From Camelus dromedarius (lineage: Eukaryota), in assembly GCF_036321535.1 (NCBI RefSeq), contig NC_087437.1, positions 102,984,001-103,048,000 on the forward strand: a DNA stretch of 64,000 nt, written 5' to 3'. This document shows positions 29,501 through 42,908 of this stretch, one piece after another. The notes beneath the pieces are model-generated. The model saw only the letters and a program-made list of their open reading frames with translations. It was not told the DNA's origin and did not search any database. Position numbers and translations under genes: made by a program. Every line of letters begins with the position of its first letter. Within the stretch, counting starts at the first letter, position 1.

Positions 29501-30213
29501 TAAACTGGGGGTTTGACATTGTACAAAAGAGAGAGAGGCATAGAGATTCCTCATCTCCTTTAGCTTTGCCTGTAGAATTTTTACTCTTTAAATGAAACAT
29601 TTATGCAAACTAAATTCAGATGTTGGGTAAACCTGATGCTAAAAGGGTTGGTAAGGAATTTTTCCCTGAGGCATTTGCAACCTATATTTTAAAAAAAATT
29701 AAAATGTCCCTGGAAAAGGAGAGAGTGCATACCACCGCAGTCATCTTCAGGCGATGCTCATCCAAGGAGACATCTGGAGCAGAAAATTTTAAGAGGGAAA
29801 AAATGTGGTTGAACAGTGGGCAAACAGTCTGTTACTCATAATCCATATAAGGTATTACGCTTTGCAACCAGCCAGTGAGCATAAAATTAAATATCTTCCT
29901 TTGAAGAAATTATTAGATACTTTGGATACTAGTTCAGTGTTGTGGTTGTTCAACATTATAGTGGTATTGGTAAAAGATAAAGCTTTCTGTTTTTAAGCAT
30001 TAAATTTTCTGGTATCATGCAGACCATCTAATTTAATTTAAATGCATTTTATGGAATAGCATTTTAAAGATTGAGGTCAGAGACTCTTTAAAATCATATA
30101 TAAGTGTGTGTATATATACGCTAATTACGTTAGGTAAGCTCACATTTTTTTCCTTCCAAATAGCAATTGCCTTAAGAAAATCTTTAGGTATTTTTCTCTC
30201 TTTCTGTCTCTCA

Positions 30214-30232
30214 AACACACACACACACACAT

Positions 30233-30263
<31 letters not shown>
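30214..30263. repeat. Interrupted (CA)n microsatellite
   Basis: Seen directly. Confidence 0.9.
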
Positions 30264-30266
<3 letters not shown>

Positions 30267-30984
30267 AAATACACAAAGTGACACTATCACCTAAACAATG
30301 GTACCATTACCGCATTCTGTTTTTTCTAGAAGAAATTGTGTTTGGGCTAAATATATATTTTTAGTGCTGCAGAATGCCTCTACTGAAGAAAGGTTAAAAG
30401 CAAGATTAACATTAAATTATTTTCAAAGGGAGTATATCAAGTGCCCAACAGATTTCTTTCAGCCATTCATGAATTGTAAACTATTCCCATGGGTGCTGGC
30501 ATACGTACTTAAAAGGTAATGTTCAAAAGCATAAATGTCCCCTCCCAAATCTTTAGGAGATTTTAGTGACTAAAATAATATCCACATATAAAAATGTATC
30601 AGATTGATCTGCTAAAATATTTTCTAAAAAGCAAAAACCTGTATTCTGCATGAATTCCTTCCCCAAAAGAAAACTGATTTTTGTGCCACACTGTTGCATA
30701 TCCAGTCACTGGAAAGGCTACTTTATTTTTCTACCTCTTTACCTGAGAGCCATATTGGTGTCATGGAAAATACTTAACCTGTCTCTGGGGAAATCCTTTG
30801 ACTTATTTGTGGGCCAATCTATTCTCCTGGAAAATTGTGCAATCTGTAATAGTTTGTGAATTTATATTTTTGTGTCTCCCATCTCCTGTTTTCCCCACAT
30901 TGATCCTGGGAGGTATCAGGGACCCTTCGTATCACACAGGAACAGCCGTGACCCAGGAAAGTATCATGACTTGTTAAGGGTTTA

Positions 30985-31145
30985 CAGTGAATTGGGGCAA
31001 GTTATTGATGTGCTTCAGTTCTCTTCTGAAAAGATGGGGATCATTATATTTGCTTCGCAGGGTTGTGAGGAGTAGCTGACTTAGTACTTATACAATTTTT
31101 AGAATATTCCTTGGCACAAATAAGTACCAAATAAATATCTCAATT
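30985..31145 (+). mobile_element. MIR SINE
   Basis: ttggggcaagttattg...cttcagttctc..tgaaaagatgggga...cagggttgtgagga...tggcacaaataagtaccaaataaat. Confidence 0.7.
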
Positions 31146-33399
31146 ACTATTGTTGTTGTTATAAGCAACATCATCATTAGTATTGTCACAATACAGTTAA
31201 AATTACTGGGGCGACATCTCTTCTATAACCACATTACAGTGATCTGATGAAAACAAACTTTATTAAAGGATATGAAAGTATTTTGATAACTATAATATTC
31301 TGTCTGTCTAGTATTAATAACAAATCCAAATTACATTTTGGATTATTACGTGTCCCAAACAACTTCAGTTACAAAGAAAAAAATCATGTAACTTTTAAAA
31401 TGTCAGAAAAACAATGACAACTACAAAAAAAATGGCTTTTAAAAATGTATTGTGCTTTTGGAAATTACTTATAAAACAATTTATGAAGTAGTCATGGATT
31501 CCTGATGATTTTCCTATGAGAATAGACCTGAATTACACCATTCTAATGATGATAAAAATGTTGTGTAGTATTTTTATAGGTTGTATACTAAGTTCTCCTA
31601 TGAAATGTATAGAATATAGCTGTGACTTCGTATTTTATAAATTTTGGAATTAAAATGCATGTATGCTAATTAATTTGGCCAAGTTCACCGAGGATGTATG
31701 AGGGAGTTCAGGCTGTAACCCAGATTTATTCAGTCCAAGTCGCACATGCTTTACCCCACTGCGGTAGGGCAGATGGTTCATAGGGCTCTAATGACAAGCT
31801 GTCTGGGAAATCCTGCCAACTCTATTCATGTGGAGCATGTGTCAGGTTGTAAAGGGTCTATTCCAGGTAATTTAAGAAACTAAAACAGAGGCTCTGATTT
31901 CATTTTTCAAACATCATCTATGGTTTCGTAGAAAAACTTACATACTTCTGGGCATCCTGCTGATCAATACCTGCTTAAAGTATGTTGTATTTGTGGTCAA
32001 TTAAATTTGGTCCTGAGGGTTCACAAACTGACTTCATTACTTGGTTAGCATCTACATTAATTGATGCTACAAGGAGGAAGAAAAAATATTGCTAATCGTA
32101 AAGCTAAGGTTTATCTAGAAATCTAGGTTGAGAGCTTAAAGGCTAATATCATCAAAGAAAGATTCAGAAATTATTAAAATAATGATAAATAAATAAAATT
32201 CAGAAAAAGACTGTAGAAATTTATTCATTCATTCTATCAGTCAGACAGCCATTATACTCCAATTTTATGCATCCACTGAGTTCTGGAACTATGTTGTGTG
32301 GTAGGGACACAAAGACAATATGTAAGAAGTATCTTGGCAAATGCTTACAGGTTATTCATTTTTAAAATATTTAAGTAAGAGTTAAGGCTGTTGGAAAAAC
32401 AACCAAGGGAAAGAAATGTATAGGAAGTAAGAGAAACTTTGGCAATCAGAGAAGAAGTAAAAATAGAAGAAATGATTGAAAAACAGGCATATAGAAAGTT
32501 AATTTTTTCCTGTGTTTCAGACCCTCTTATTTAAATAAATAAGAGAATAAGAGCAGATGAACTATCAGAAGCATAAATGCCTACATTAATACTTCATACA
32601 AAGAGGTATTTTTGAGATAAACCACGGACTCTGAAAAGAGATACAAAAAACCCATAAATCAGATGCTTCCAAGATTTTAAAAACCAAAGGAAAAAATTTA
32701 ATGTCAAAGCAGGCAATGGTTGCATGAAACTCAGTATTCCAGAGGTTCAATATTTCTATTAATAAAGAGCAAAAGTCTTAGAACTACGGGAAGAAATAAT
32801 TTAGAATGCATAGATATGTTCCAGGCCATCTGAGAAATCGAGTTACACCTTTTAAAAAAAAAAATCATGAAACACTATTAGTTCTTTTTAGGGGAAATAT
32901 TATAGCTCATGAAGTTTAGAGGAGGTTCAAATACTACAGATTGAAATGCATTTGGTGCTATTTTACCCTTTTGGGGGTTTTAAGAAATACAGGCATGCTT
33001 GAGCCAACCAAATGATGAGAATTTATTTTACTGTTAAGCTAAGTCTTCAGAATTGTTCTCTGTATTACAGTTGGCTAGCTAGCTTTGGCTTTGGTCCTCA
33101 CATGGGATCCTGACATAAGTGGCCTCAGTGGTGCAGTCATATGACCACCTAACTGAAGAAATACCTGCAACCATTTGTTTTTTTAAGAAGTCTAGGACCA
33201 TTTGCCAGCACGAAGATGCTGATTGGAAGATGGAAATGTAAATGACTGGCAAAAGCCATTTCTTGGTCCCTAAAACAGGTAACAGAGCACTCATGTATTT
33301 GGGACACCTGTACCTAAAATAGAAGAGGAGATGGTTCTCTTCAAAGAAAGACATAGCCTATCTTACATATAAATAAAACAGCACGGAGAAAGATGGATA

Positions 33400-33575
33400 G
33401 CAATGGTCTAATTCTAAGATGCGCCAAATGAATCACTCAGAGAATGCTTTCTAATGTCTACATACCCTCCCCAAATTCTGTCTTAATCGATCTGGGGTGG
33501 GACCTAAGCACTGGTGTATTTTAAAAGCTTCCTAAGTGATCTAATGTGCAACCAGAGTTGATAATCACTGGTCTA
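33400..33575. mobile_element. MER5-like hAT DNA transposon
   Basis: gaatcactc...tctggggtgggacc...gtattttaaaagcttcctaagtgatctaatgtgcaaccagagttgataatcactg. Confidence 0.72.
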
Positions 33576-34204
33576 GATTAGAAGGTGTGTTTTTCTGACC
33601 ACCCATACTAACGTGAGACCAGATCAAAGCTGGTGGAAAGTCCTAGAAGGGCACAGAATTTCCTATTTTCTGCACTTTTAAAGGCTTCAGCTAGCCAGTC
33701 AGAAGAATAAATTTCTTTCAATATGAAAGGAAATGTTTAACTTCTACTTATAAAAAAAAAAAAAAACTTAGTGGGAAAAATAGAAACACCAAAAACCATA
33801 GTGATCAGAAATGTTTGGTTACTTTACATTTGACAAATTGAAATTTGACAAGTACACAATCTGTGCATGTTCCAGTACCCCTCTGTATATTCTTAAGCAC
33901 TTCTTTGAAGAAGATAGGATTTGTTATGACCTAGATGAATTTTTCAGGGAAGAGTATCACCTTTTAAAATTTTGTTTTGAATTAAATTACATAGCACCTC
34001 CATATGAAATTCCAAAATTACATATAAATGCCACAAAAAGGACATGGTCTATCACAATATTTCATTGTGATCTCTATTAACTTTATTGATCAGCTGTTTT
34101 CCCAACTCCTCCTTTGTACTGAATCCATGACAACTAGTGTGCCTCTTCAGTGACAGGCAGAGCCAGAAGTCAAAGTTCTTCAATCACCATTTAAAATAAG
34201 TTGA

Positions 34205-34326
34205 GGGGAGGGTATAGCTCAGTGGTAGAGTGCATGTTTAGCATGCACAAGGTCCTGGGTTCAATTCCCAATACCTCCATTAAATAAATAAATACAAACC
34301 CAATTACCTCCCCCCAGAAGTTAAAG
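34205..34326 (+). mobile_element. tRNA-derived SINE, camelid vic-1-like
   Basis: GGGGAGGGTATAGCTCAGTGGTAGAG (A box)...GGTTCAATTCC (B box), (TAAA)n, ACCTCCCCCC tail; 14-bp TSD taaaataagttgag / taaaataaatcgag (12/14). Confidence 0.88.
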
Positions 34327-35296
34327 TAAAATAAATCGAGAACACCCAGTATCCATGGAAGGTACAGCTTGCAAGGACAGTGAACTGGAGATTGAAAGAA
34401 TGTTAAAAACATCTTGGACCATTTCTTAATGTATTTCTTCACTTTTCTCTGTGCCAATCATACCGTTCAGCACTACCTTACTATGTGGGCATGCATTCTT
34501 CCAAGCTTTTGCTATTCTCTCTGCTTAGATACCTTTTTCCTCCCCATAGTCTCATTCTTCATCCAGAGATCAAATATTACAAACTTATGAACCCTTCTCT
34601 GTATGTTGCAATATCACCACTTCCATGGTCAAGATAATTGAGTAACTCCTTTTTGCTTCCATGAATTTTCTCAGTTTTATCACATTGTATGTTTGTATCA
34701 AAGTGATAGCATATATGTTAAATGTCTGAACCTTCTTGTTTTTGCTATTTTTGGTAAGTTATTTGAGAATATGAATAATGTGCCTTTTCCTTTGACATAA
34801 GTATATGTTTTTCCCTATTGCTGTTTCATCATCCAGAGAGACATATAAATGGAATAAAGCTCCAGTTGTCTGATATACCATCTTTTTGGTAAGATTATTA
34901 GAAAGAGACATGAAAATAATATGGATCAAGTTATCTCTTTCCTTAAATCCAAATTACCAAAAGTTGCCTCCTTAAGTATGTGCTTAAATGTTTCATGTCA
35001 CCACTTGCCAAAAATTACGTTGTAAATATCAGAGATTATGATAAACAATTAGTTGTTTATTTTATATCTTCATTTGTCAGTTATTGTTCCTATGAAAACC
35101 TCAGCTACACTCTTCCTTTCTCTTTTGAGAGAGGGAGAAAGAGAGAAGGTTTGGGGGGATATTAGCTGAGGGCTAGGAAGACAGAAAGATGGGGGGAGAG
35201 GTAAACGGTAGATGGTTTGTGAAGCATAAGAAGAAAGGGAGGAAGGGAGGTCAGTAGAGGTTAGGAAGTGAGATTTGAGTAAATAGATGGTAGATT

Positions 35297-35790
35297 TGAT
35301 GGCTTTAAGAAATGCCCCTACATTTTTTGATAGTTCTCCTTTCAAGTAATGGAGCCTAATTCTCTCCCTTTTAGAGTGGCTTGTATTTCATGGCTCACTT
35401 CTAGCAAACAGAATAGAGCTGAAATGACAATGTGCTAGTTTGGAAACGAGGTGATAAGAGGCGCTGAGGTTTTCTTCTCACTTACTCTCTCCCTGGGATC
35501 CGTCACTTTGAGGGAAGTTAGCCCCATGACTTAGGGGCACACATGCAGCCTTTGGAGGGGCTCATGTAATCACTAACTGAGGTTTCCTGCCTCCAGTCTC
35601 GTGAGTAAGTGATCTTGGAAGTGAATTATCCAGGTAGCACCCTGACTACAGACTCATGAAATATCTTGGCCAAAATGACCCAGCTAAGCCACTCCTGAAT
35701 TCTTGACCCCAGAAACTACTGGATACATTTCTGTTGTTTTAAGCTGTTGTGTTTGGGTTAATTTGATATGGAGTGATAAATATTACTGAA
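35297..35790 (+). mobile_element. MaLR solo LTR (MLT1F-like)
   Basis: tggagcctaattctctccctt, cttggaagtgaatt, cccagctaagccactcctgaattcttgaccccagaaact, tgttgttttaagc. Confidence 0.78.
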
Positions 35791-38700
35791 GCTGAGAAGT
35801 AAATACATAGATTATAAATAAGAGAGAGGTAGAGATACAGAAAGATACAGATAGCTTTGCAAATAGGAAGATATGGTATTACAGAAGTATGTTTGTAAAT
35901 TTATAAATATATGTAAGGACAGAACTGTATATTTCCCTTTATATAGATTACATGTAACGCAGTGTATTCTCTGTCTTTCCTTTTTTGATAATAACTAATT
36001 TCACATAAATCTGCAATGATTTTTCTTCTGTTCACCTATTTCATATTTCCTACCCTTTTTGGATATTCGCAATAATTACATTGACTTGCAAGGCAGAATA
36101 AATCAATAGAAAGTTATTCATCCAATGTAATTTCCTTGCTCAGTATTTCTTTCAAATTTTTTAATTTGAAAAGCATTATTTTCAAACTTGTGACTGATGA
36201 CTGATACTGACTGATATTTCTAGTACTAGCTTACACATTTAGTGACTCCATCATGGTTACCACCCATTGGAGCCACTTTAGGTTATCTACCTAATATCAG
36301 CGTTTCTGTCATTGGATTGTCCAATCTCTCTGTTTTATCTTCCATGCTACATTCAAAATTACTACAGCATTTATTAGTTGATACTGACTTAGGCATCACT
36401 CCATGTACCTTTTGGAGTACAATGGATGCAGACTTTATCTGTGGCGTGGGAGACGCAGAATTCTAAGATCTCATAGCTAGTATGTGACTAGTCTGAATAC
36501 TGGGCCAGCTTTCCACTGCTCTCTCTATAGCAGAGTTTAACATACTAAAGAATGTTACGTAAACAAACAGATTTTGATTGTTTGCTTGATTCTTTTAAAG
36601 AAATCTATTAAAGGCAAGAAGAAAATTGAAAGTGAATCTTCAAATTTAACTTAAAATCTATTTCATTCTGGAACGTCTACATTTCGCTATGTTTATGATG
36701 AATGAAAATCTATCTAGGTATTCCTAAAATAATTACTGTGAAAGTGAAATATAACTACCCTATAATTTACAATGAATTATTTCTCAGCCCCTAAGGAACT
36801 GTGTGTGGAATGAAATAAGTAATCACATGATCATATTGTTTATCACAACCAGTGCCTGATCTATGTAGATTCACACTGCCATGTAAGAACAGTATTAAAG
36901 TATAAAGTAGGATACGTGCAAATTCATTCTTATTCACTCCTGCTTTTCTTTGTCCAGTTCAATTTGATTAACTTTAAGGATACATTTTTTCTACTAATGC
37001 TCATTACTGCACCATAGGCTTTTTTCCTGTCCCTCTCTGCGTTTCATTTTTTAAAATATAAGCTTTAACTTTAAAATCCTAGAGTTGTGAAGGAAAGGAT
37101 AGAATGAGGGGTGACAGGATTATAGGAAGGAAAAGACGTGTGAAAAGGGAAAGAGAGACAGAGACAGAGAGAGAGATCTTGGAGTTTTTGTTAATGCAAT
37201 TAAATAAAAATATATTCCCAAGTGCGTATAGATTTCCCTGAGGTGAAGAAACACATTATTTCCATTCTATAAATCCTCAGGAGTTGAGAGTCTAACTGCC
37301 TTTTTGGTCCATAAGCTTAGTTCTTCCCTGAGCTCTGACATCTCATAAAACAGTGATCTTTCTTTAGACCAAGGAGATGTGTATCGGTAACTAAAATTAC
37401 AATCTCCAAGTCACTGTTGTTTTTTGCTTTCTGTCCATTTAAGGTGTTAGTCATTAATGTCCTTTACCACTTTAAGGATATTATTTTGTTTTAAGTAACT
37501 TAACTTTTTCCTTTTAGAATTTTTCAGTGCTCCTCTAAATGTTCCCTGACTCCCAGGACAAATTATCATGCTTAAGAGTCCTTGCTCTCTGCTGAGTGTA
37601 TAACATCCACTAAGATTATGGGTTTCTTCATTTACCAGAATCCTTGCTCTCAAATTAGAAACATAAAACTTTGTTCAAACTTGTACTTCATCTTAAATAA
37701 TAGCATGTAGTATACTTCGAACAACAACAACAACAAAAAAACTTTTCAGATACTAAACCAAATATCCAGGTGTTTACTGGGTTGGTTGAATCTGTGAAAT
37801 AGAAAAGTATCTAGAAGATCAGATAATGGTAATTTCTGAGAAAGCCTTTATTTTCCCATGATCCTCTAACTCCCTTTATCTTTTCCGATATGTGGTAAAA
37901 GAAAGTAATAATAATAATAATAATTGTTGTTGTTGTTATTAATTAATAATAATAATAAAGCAAACTGAGAAAGTAATTTTACCTAGGAGGTGAATTTTTT
38001 TAAATGTGGATTTATTTTTTCTACATCTGGGACCAATCGTTTCCTCATTAACCCAATACGCCAACATTTTTAGCTGGGATTCCACAAGGGAATTAAGTTT
38101 TATAAAAAAATGATTTGAGTAATTCTCTCAAGCATGGTATGGAGCTAATGCCATTCTTGATGCCTAAGAGAGAAGTTAATACACTGCGTACAGTGCCTTA
38201 GGACGCTGGAGCTTGATTTTCCTGAGGAAGGGCTGCTCTTTTCCCAAGATACTGAAAAAGTATCCACCCGCCCCGCCTCCCCCCTTATCTGACTAACCAA
38301 GGCAAATAACTGGAACTCCTCATTAAGAACTCCATCTTCAGTTACATTATAGACATGTTTACACACTACTGAAATTCAAATGTGTCTTTAAGCCAATGTG
38401 TGCATTCAGTAAAGTAGTATTTTCTTTGTTTCCTGGTTGATTTTTACAAAGATGATGATCTGCCTTACAAAAAGATGTTTTAGCAGGGTCAAGAAAATTG
38501 AATACTTTAGCACCCCATCAATACTCCCTTACAGACTTACTTTTCCCCTGTTCCTAAGGACTATGATAAAGTGTCTTTGTAGGAAACAATATTTTTTTTC
38601 TGCAGATAAATATTGTAACCATTGTTAAAATTTAAATTAGATGAAATGGTCATAATTGAATTTTCTCTTCTATTACATTCTTTAAATCAGTGATTTCTCC

Positions 38701-41700
38701 TGCTGCATTGGACTACAGAATAAATGGACGTCGGAGTTAACAGAATCATAGATATTTAATCATTGTAAGAGTAATAGGTTAGTACTGCGTGGTTTTCTAC
38801 CAAGTGCACCATGCCCCTCCATGGTCTGGCATTTGAATGAGTTTAAGAACCAGTGCCCTAAGGCCCTCTTTTGTGCTGGTTGATAATGTGAAGTAATAGG
38901 TTCAGATAGACTAATTTGTGCCTAAGTGATAGCTAATATATCTTCCTCCCGGGTAGTACTTAACTTGATTAAAATGGACAGGTCAACATAAGGCATTTCA
39001 AGTGGGAATTTCAAGCACCATTGAAAGCTAATTGGGCAAGACAAAGTTTATAAGGAAGAAGGTATATTCGGAGTTGCCAAAAATCTAAATGGATGCTAGG
39101 AAAAATTATATTTTCATGAAATTTGATGCAAGCACTCTGATCCTGATCAGTGCGTGCTGCCTATGGGATTGCTTACTTTACCTTGGCGTTTTACTGCCAT
39201 TGCTCATTAGCTAATTGGAAGAGAAATTCTAGGTGACTTTGTATGATAATGTAATGGCATATGGCATGTATTTTAAAAGGTTGCATGTGATGGAAAGAAT
39301 CATTTAAAAATATAAAAAAAAGATCATTTTCTTTGTCACATTTTTTTCTAACAAAGAAAAAGAATTAAGCAAACATATTATCAATAAATAAAACACATGG
39401 GTCAGAAAGTTTAATGTTTATATAGACCCTGGCAGGTAACTACCTTACTGAAGAAAGGCAGAGAGACCCCTGCGGACCTGAGTGTGAGTGACTTTTCAGA
39501 AGACATTCAAATTCATTTTTAAACAATGTTGTGGACCAAACAAAACATTTCTAATGGCCATGCTATATCTACAAAGCACCACTTTGTAAGCCCCGATAGA
39601 AAATTTCAACTCCAAATTTTCAATTAATTTGTATGTTATTAAGTATATTAAATTTCACCTAGTATAATTGTAAGGATTATTTTAGATGATGTATGAGTGA
39701 CTAATAAATTTCCCTTCTGGTCTGGTTGTAGTTCATTCACACACACACAAATGGATCATAGGTTTTTCTCTACAGTTATTCTAATATTACATGATTATAA
39801 TTGCTTACTGTTTATGAAATAATATGTTCTCCACTAGTGCAGAACTGGATTAAACTAGTACATGAATCTTTAACACCTGACTCATCTATTCTGTCTCATG
39901 GGAAAATAATTAATGCGGTGTGATTTTTTTCTTTTTATGTTATGTTATTAAATAAGTGCTATCTCTCTTTAACATTAGCTAGAAATATTCTTAACAAGAT
40001 AATCTTGTCTACTGCTGATTCTATCTCGCTTTACCAGCTATCCAAATATATTCTTTAAAGAAAAAATCAAAACAAAACTCCTATATTATAGAATATGCCA
40101 AAACAAACACAAGAGAGCTGCACAGGAAAATCTTTCAAAATGAGATCAAATAAAGTGAATGGCATAAATAGAATTGCTTAATGGCTTAAGTATCATGCAA
40201 TTTTATATCAAGCAGTTAAACAAATAAAAATTCTCACTGCCATACACCCTAATTGTATTCTTAAACACTTGAGAAATTATACCGGATAAACTAGTAGCAA
40301 AAATAGATTAAAATGAGAATGAAGTCATCTTCTGCCAAACTTCCAAACCTTTTCTTTCTCTTTCTCCTCTCCTTCCCACCCCACTTTTTTCCCTTCCCTG
40401 TCCTCTTGGAGGGATATCATTTTCCCACCACTCGGCCAGGTCCAGGACTTCCGTTTAAGCTCTCACGTGTATATTCACGCTCAACCTATTTATGGTATTA
40501 GAAGATTTGCCACAGCCTGGCTCAAAATTGTCAAATCTCCCAGTACTAAAAACCACCGGAAAACTGACTTTATTTTTCCCCTCTTCTTTTTTCTCTTTAT
40601 TGTGTTCTTCCCATTTTCTAGGGGTATTTCTTCCTTCTCTCCAATTCCGATTGCTGAGTAACTAGATCATTGGACTGCTTCTATTAAAGTCATTCCACAG
40701 CACTGTCAGGATTGTTAAGTCTCTTTTTCATACTGTCACATTTTGATTATGAACTTTTCCTGTATTCTTTTTTTTTGCCCCCTCCCCTTACGTTCTTTCT
40801 TGAATGTCAGTGTGGATGGGTATGTCTCATGTTCTCAGCTAAACTAGCTTAAGCATCATCTCATTATTCTCCCCTTTTTAAAACTTATTACAAGAAGCAA
40901 AACACAACAAAACCTTTTTTTGTTATCAAGGAGAATGTCCAGAAACATTGAGTAGCAAAGAATCTGTTCATGGTAATTGTTTTACAAAGGTTCCTAGTGA
41001 AGTGTGAATATTTCATTTTATGATGTATCCTTCACTTATTAGTGTTGAAGTCCACAAAGTGATGCCAATTACTTAATTCAAACTCAAGCTGGTTAGTTTT
41101 GTAACCCTAACAGTACCTAGAAAAATTTCTTATTTATCTGGCAAGTCCCCAGTAAATACTATTTAATAGAATTATACTAAAATCAACCAATTTTTAGAAA
41201 ACGGTTGTGCTTTTATACCAGAAAATTATTAAAACTTAAAATGACTGCATTTTTGAGCTTACGGATATCAGGGAACTAGCTTACGCACTGGGAATCTAAT
41301 CCATTGGCTGAGATTTCTGTGCGAGTTATTAGTGCTTATGAACTCAAGTTTTGACATAAGCCCTCAGAAAGATATCTTATTCTCATCTGAGGATATAAGG
41401 AATTTCAAAACACATAGGGGTTATAAAATCTAAGACCTTTGCAGGGTGCCCAAGTCCAAGAATCAAAAAGAAGAATACAAAGATTAGCCAAACCAAAAGT
41501 GTTGATCAGGAGCAAGTACCAAGACAAGGGTTCAACTACAGGAGTCAGTCTGCAGTCCACATTTTCATTTCCTTTTATTTATTTGTGTTTTATTTTTATT
41601 GTTAGCTAGGATATAAGTCTGATGCCAAAACCTAACATCCAATTGCTCGTAACTCTGCCTCATGAATATAGGTCAATTGCCTGTTTTAATTGAAGCTGTT

Positions 41701-42082
41701 ACTTGTGGCTTGGATTTTTATTTGCAAGCTAGGTCATTAAGTGTGTGCACTCAATCTATTTCTTGGAAGTAGTTAGTATATCTATTATATTAATAGTTTT
41801 CAAGAATGCTTTTAGTCAAAATGTAGTTCCAAGTGAAATATTGTATAGAATAAACTCCAAGCCATCTGAATGATATTGACAACATGGCTAAGATACACCT
41901 GAATTGTTAACCCCCCTAAACTATCTCCACTTGCTTCCGCGTCTTCAGCACTGTGGCTGGGAGGGAGTTGCTGCTGGCATTACGTTATATCCTTATGTGA
42001 CAGGATGCCTTTGGAAGCATTTGACTCTAAACACTGTCAAAGTATTTTGAAGAATGTTCTATGCTTTCTTTTTTTTTTTTTT

Positions 42083-42262
42083 CCATAGTGCTAATCATTT
42101 TATAATATATAATTTACTTATTTTCCAAGTTTGATTCGCTCACACTTTCTAGAATGTAAACTTCACAAAGGCAGTGATCTCTATTTTCTTCAAAGAAGTA
42201 ATGTTACTACCTGGAATAGTCCGAGACATGTAGCTGGTTCCCATAAATGTTTGCTGAATGAA
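42083..42262 (+). mobile_element. LINE-2 3' end
   Basis: ctagaatgtaaacttcacaaaggcag...acctggaatagt...cataaatgtttgctgaatgaa. Confidence 0.72.
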
Positions 42263-42542
42263 GGTGGCCCATGGTATATGGCACAGGCTGAGCTGTGCCC
42301 TGCTTACTGCAGGCTGTGGCAGTGGAGCCTGAATGTTCCAGGATGCCATACTCCTTCAGCAATTGCTTTTTCCCCAGAATATTGCTTCCTTGAAAAGTTT
42401 GCTCTCAAACATGGTCCCTGGTTTTAGCTGACACCAGCTAAGGAAGCACTGAGATAACTTCTTCCTTAATATAAGTACGTAGCCCTTCCTAGGCCCATGT
42501 TTGAAGCACATTTTCAATCATGTAAGGTAGACCGGGTGAGGG

Positions 42543-42908
42543 TATGACTTAATTTGGGCTGCTATAATCATCATACACTGAGTGGCTTAACAACAAACAG
42601 TATTCCTTACCGTTTTGAAGGCTGAAAGTCCAAGAGCAGGATGTCAGCATGGTCAGGTCTGGTGAGCACCCCCTTCTAGGTTGCAAACCTCCTATTTCTT
42701 ACTGCATCTTCAGATAGCAGGAAAAAAAAAAAAGAGTAAAAGAGCTCCTTGGAATCCCTTTTATAAGGTCTTTAAGCCCATCATGAAGGCTCCATTTTCA
42801 TGACCTAATTACCTACCAAAGGCCCCTCTTCCTACTACCATCATACTGAGAATCGGCATTTCAATATTATATAAATATGGGGGGGACACATACATTCGGT
42901 CCCTTGTA
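42543..42908 (-). mobile_element. MaLR solo LTR (MLT1A-like)
   Basis: gggctgctataa...tggcttaacaacaaa...aggctgaaagtccaaga...cccttttataagg...catgacctaattacct...gggggacaca. Confidence 0.82.

Noticed and set aside
34205..34277. tRNA gene
   Set aside because: The tRNA-like head has a SINE tail and a TSD, so it is a SINE.
41944..41965. REST/NRSE site (TTCAGCAC...)
   Set aside because: Only the left half matches; the GGACAG half is absent.
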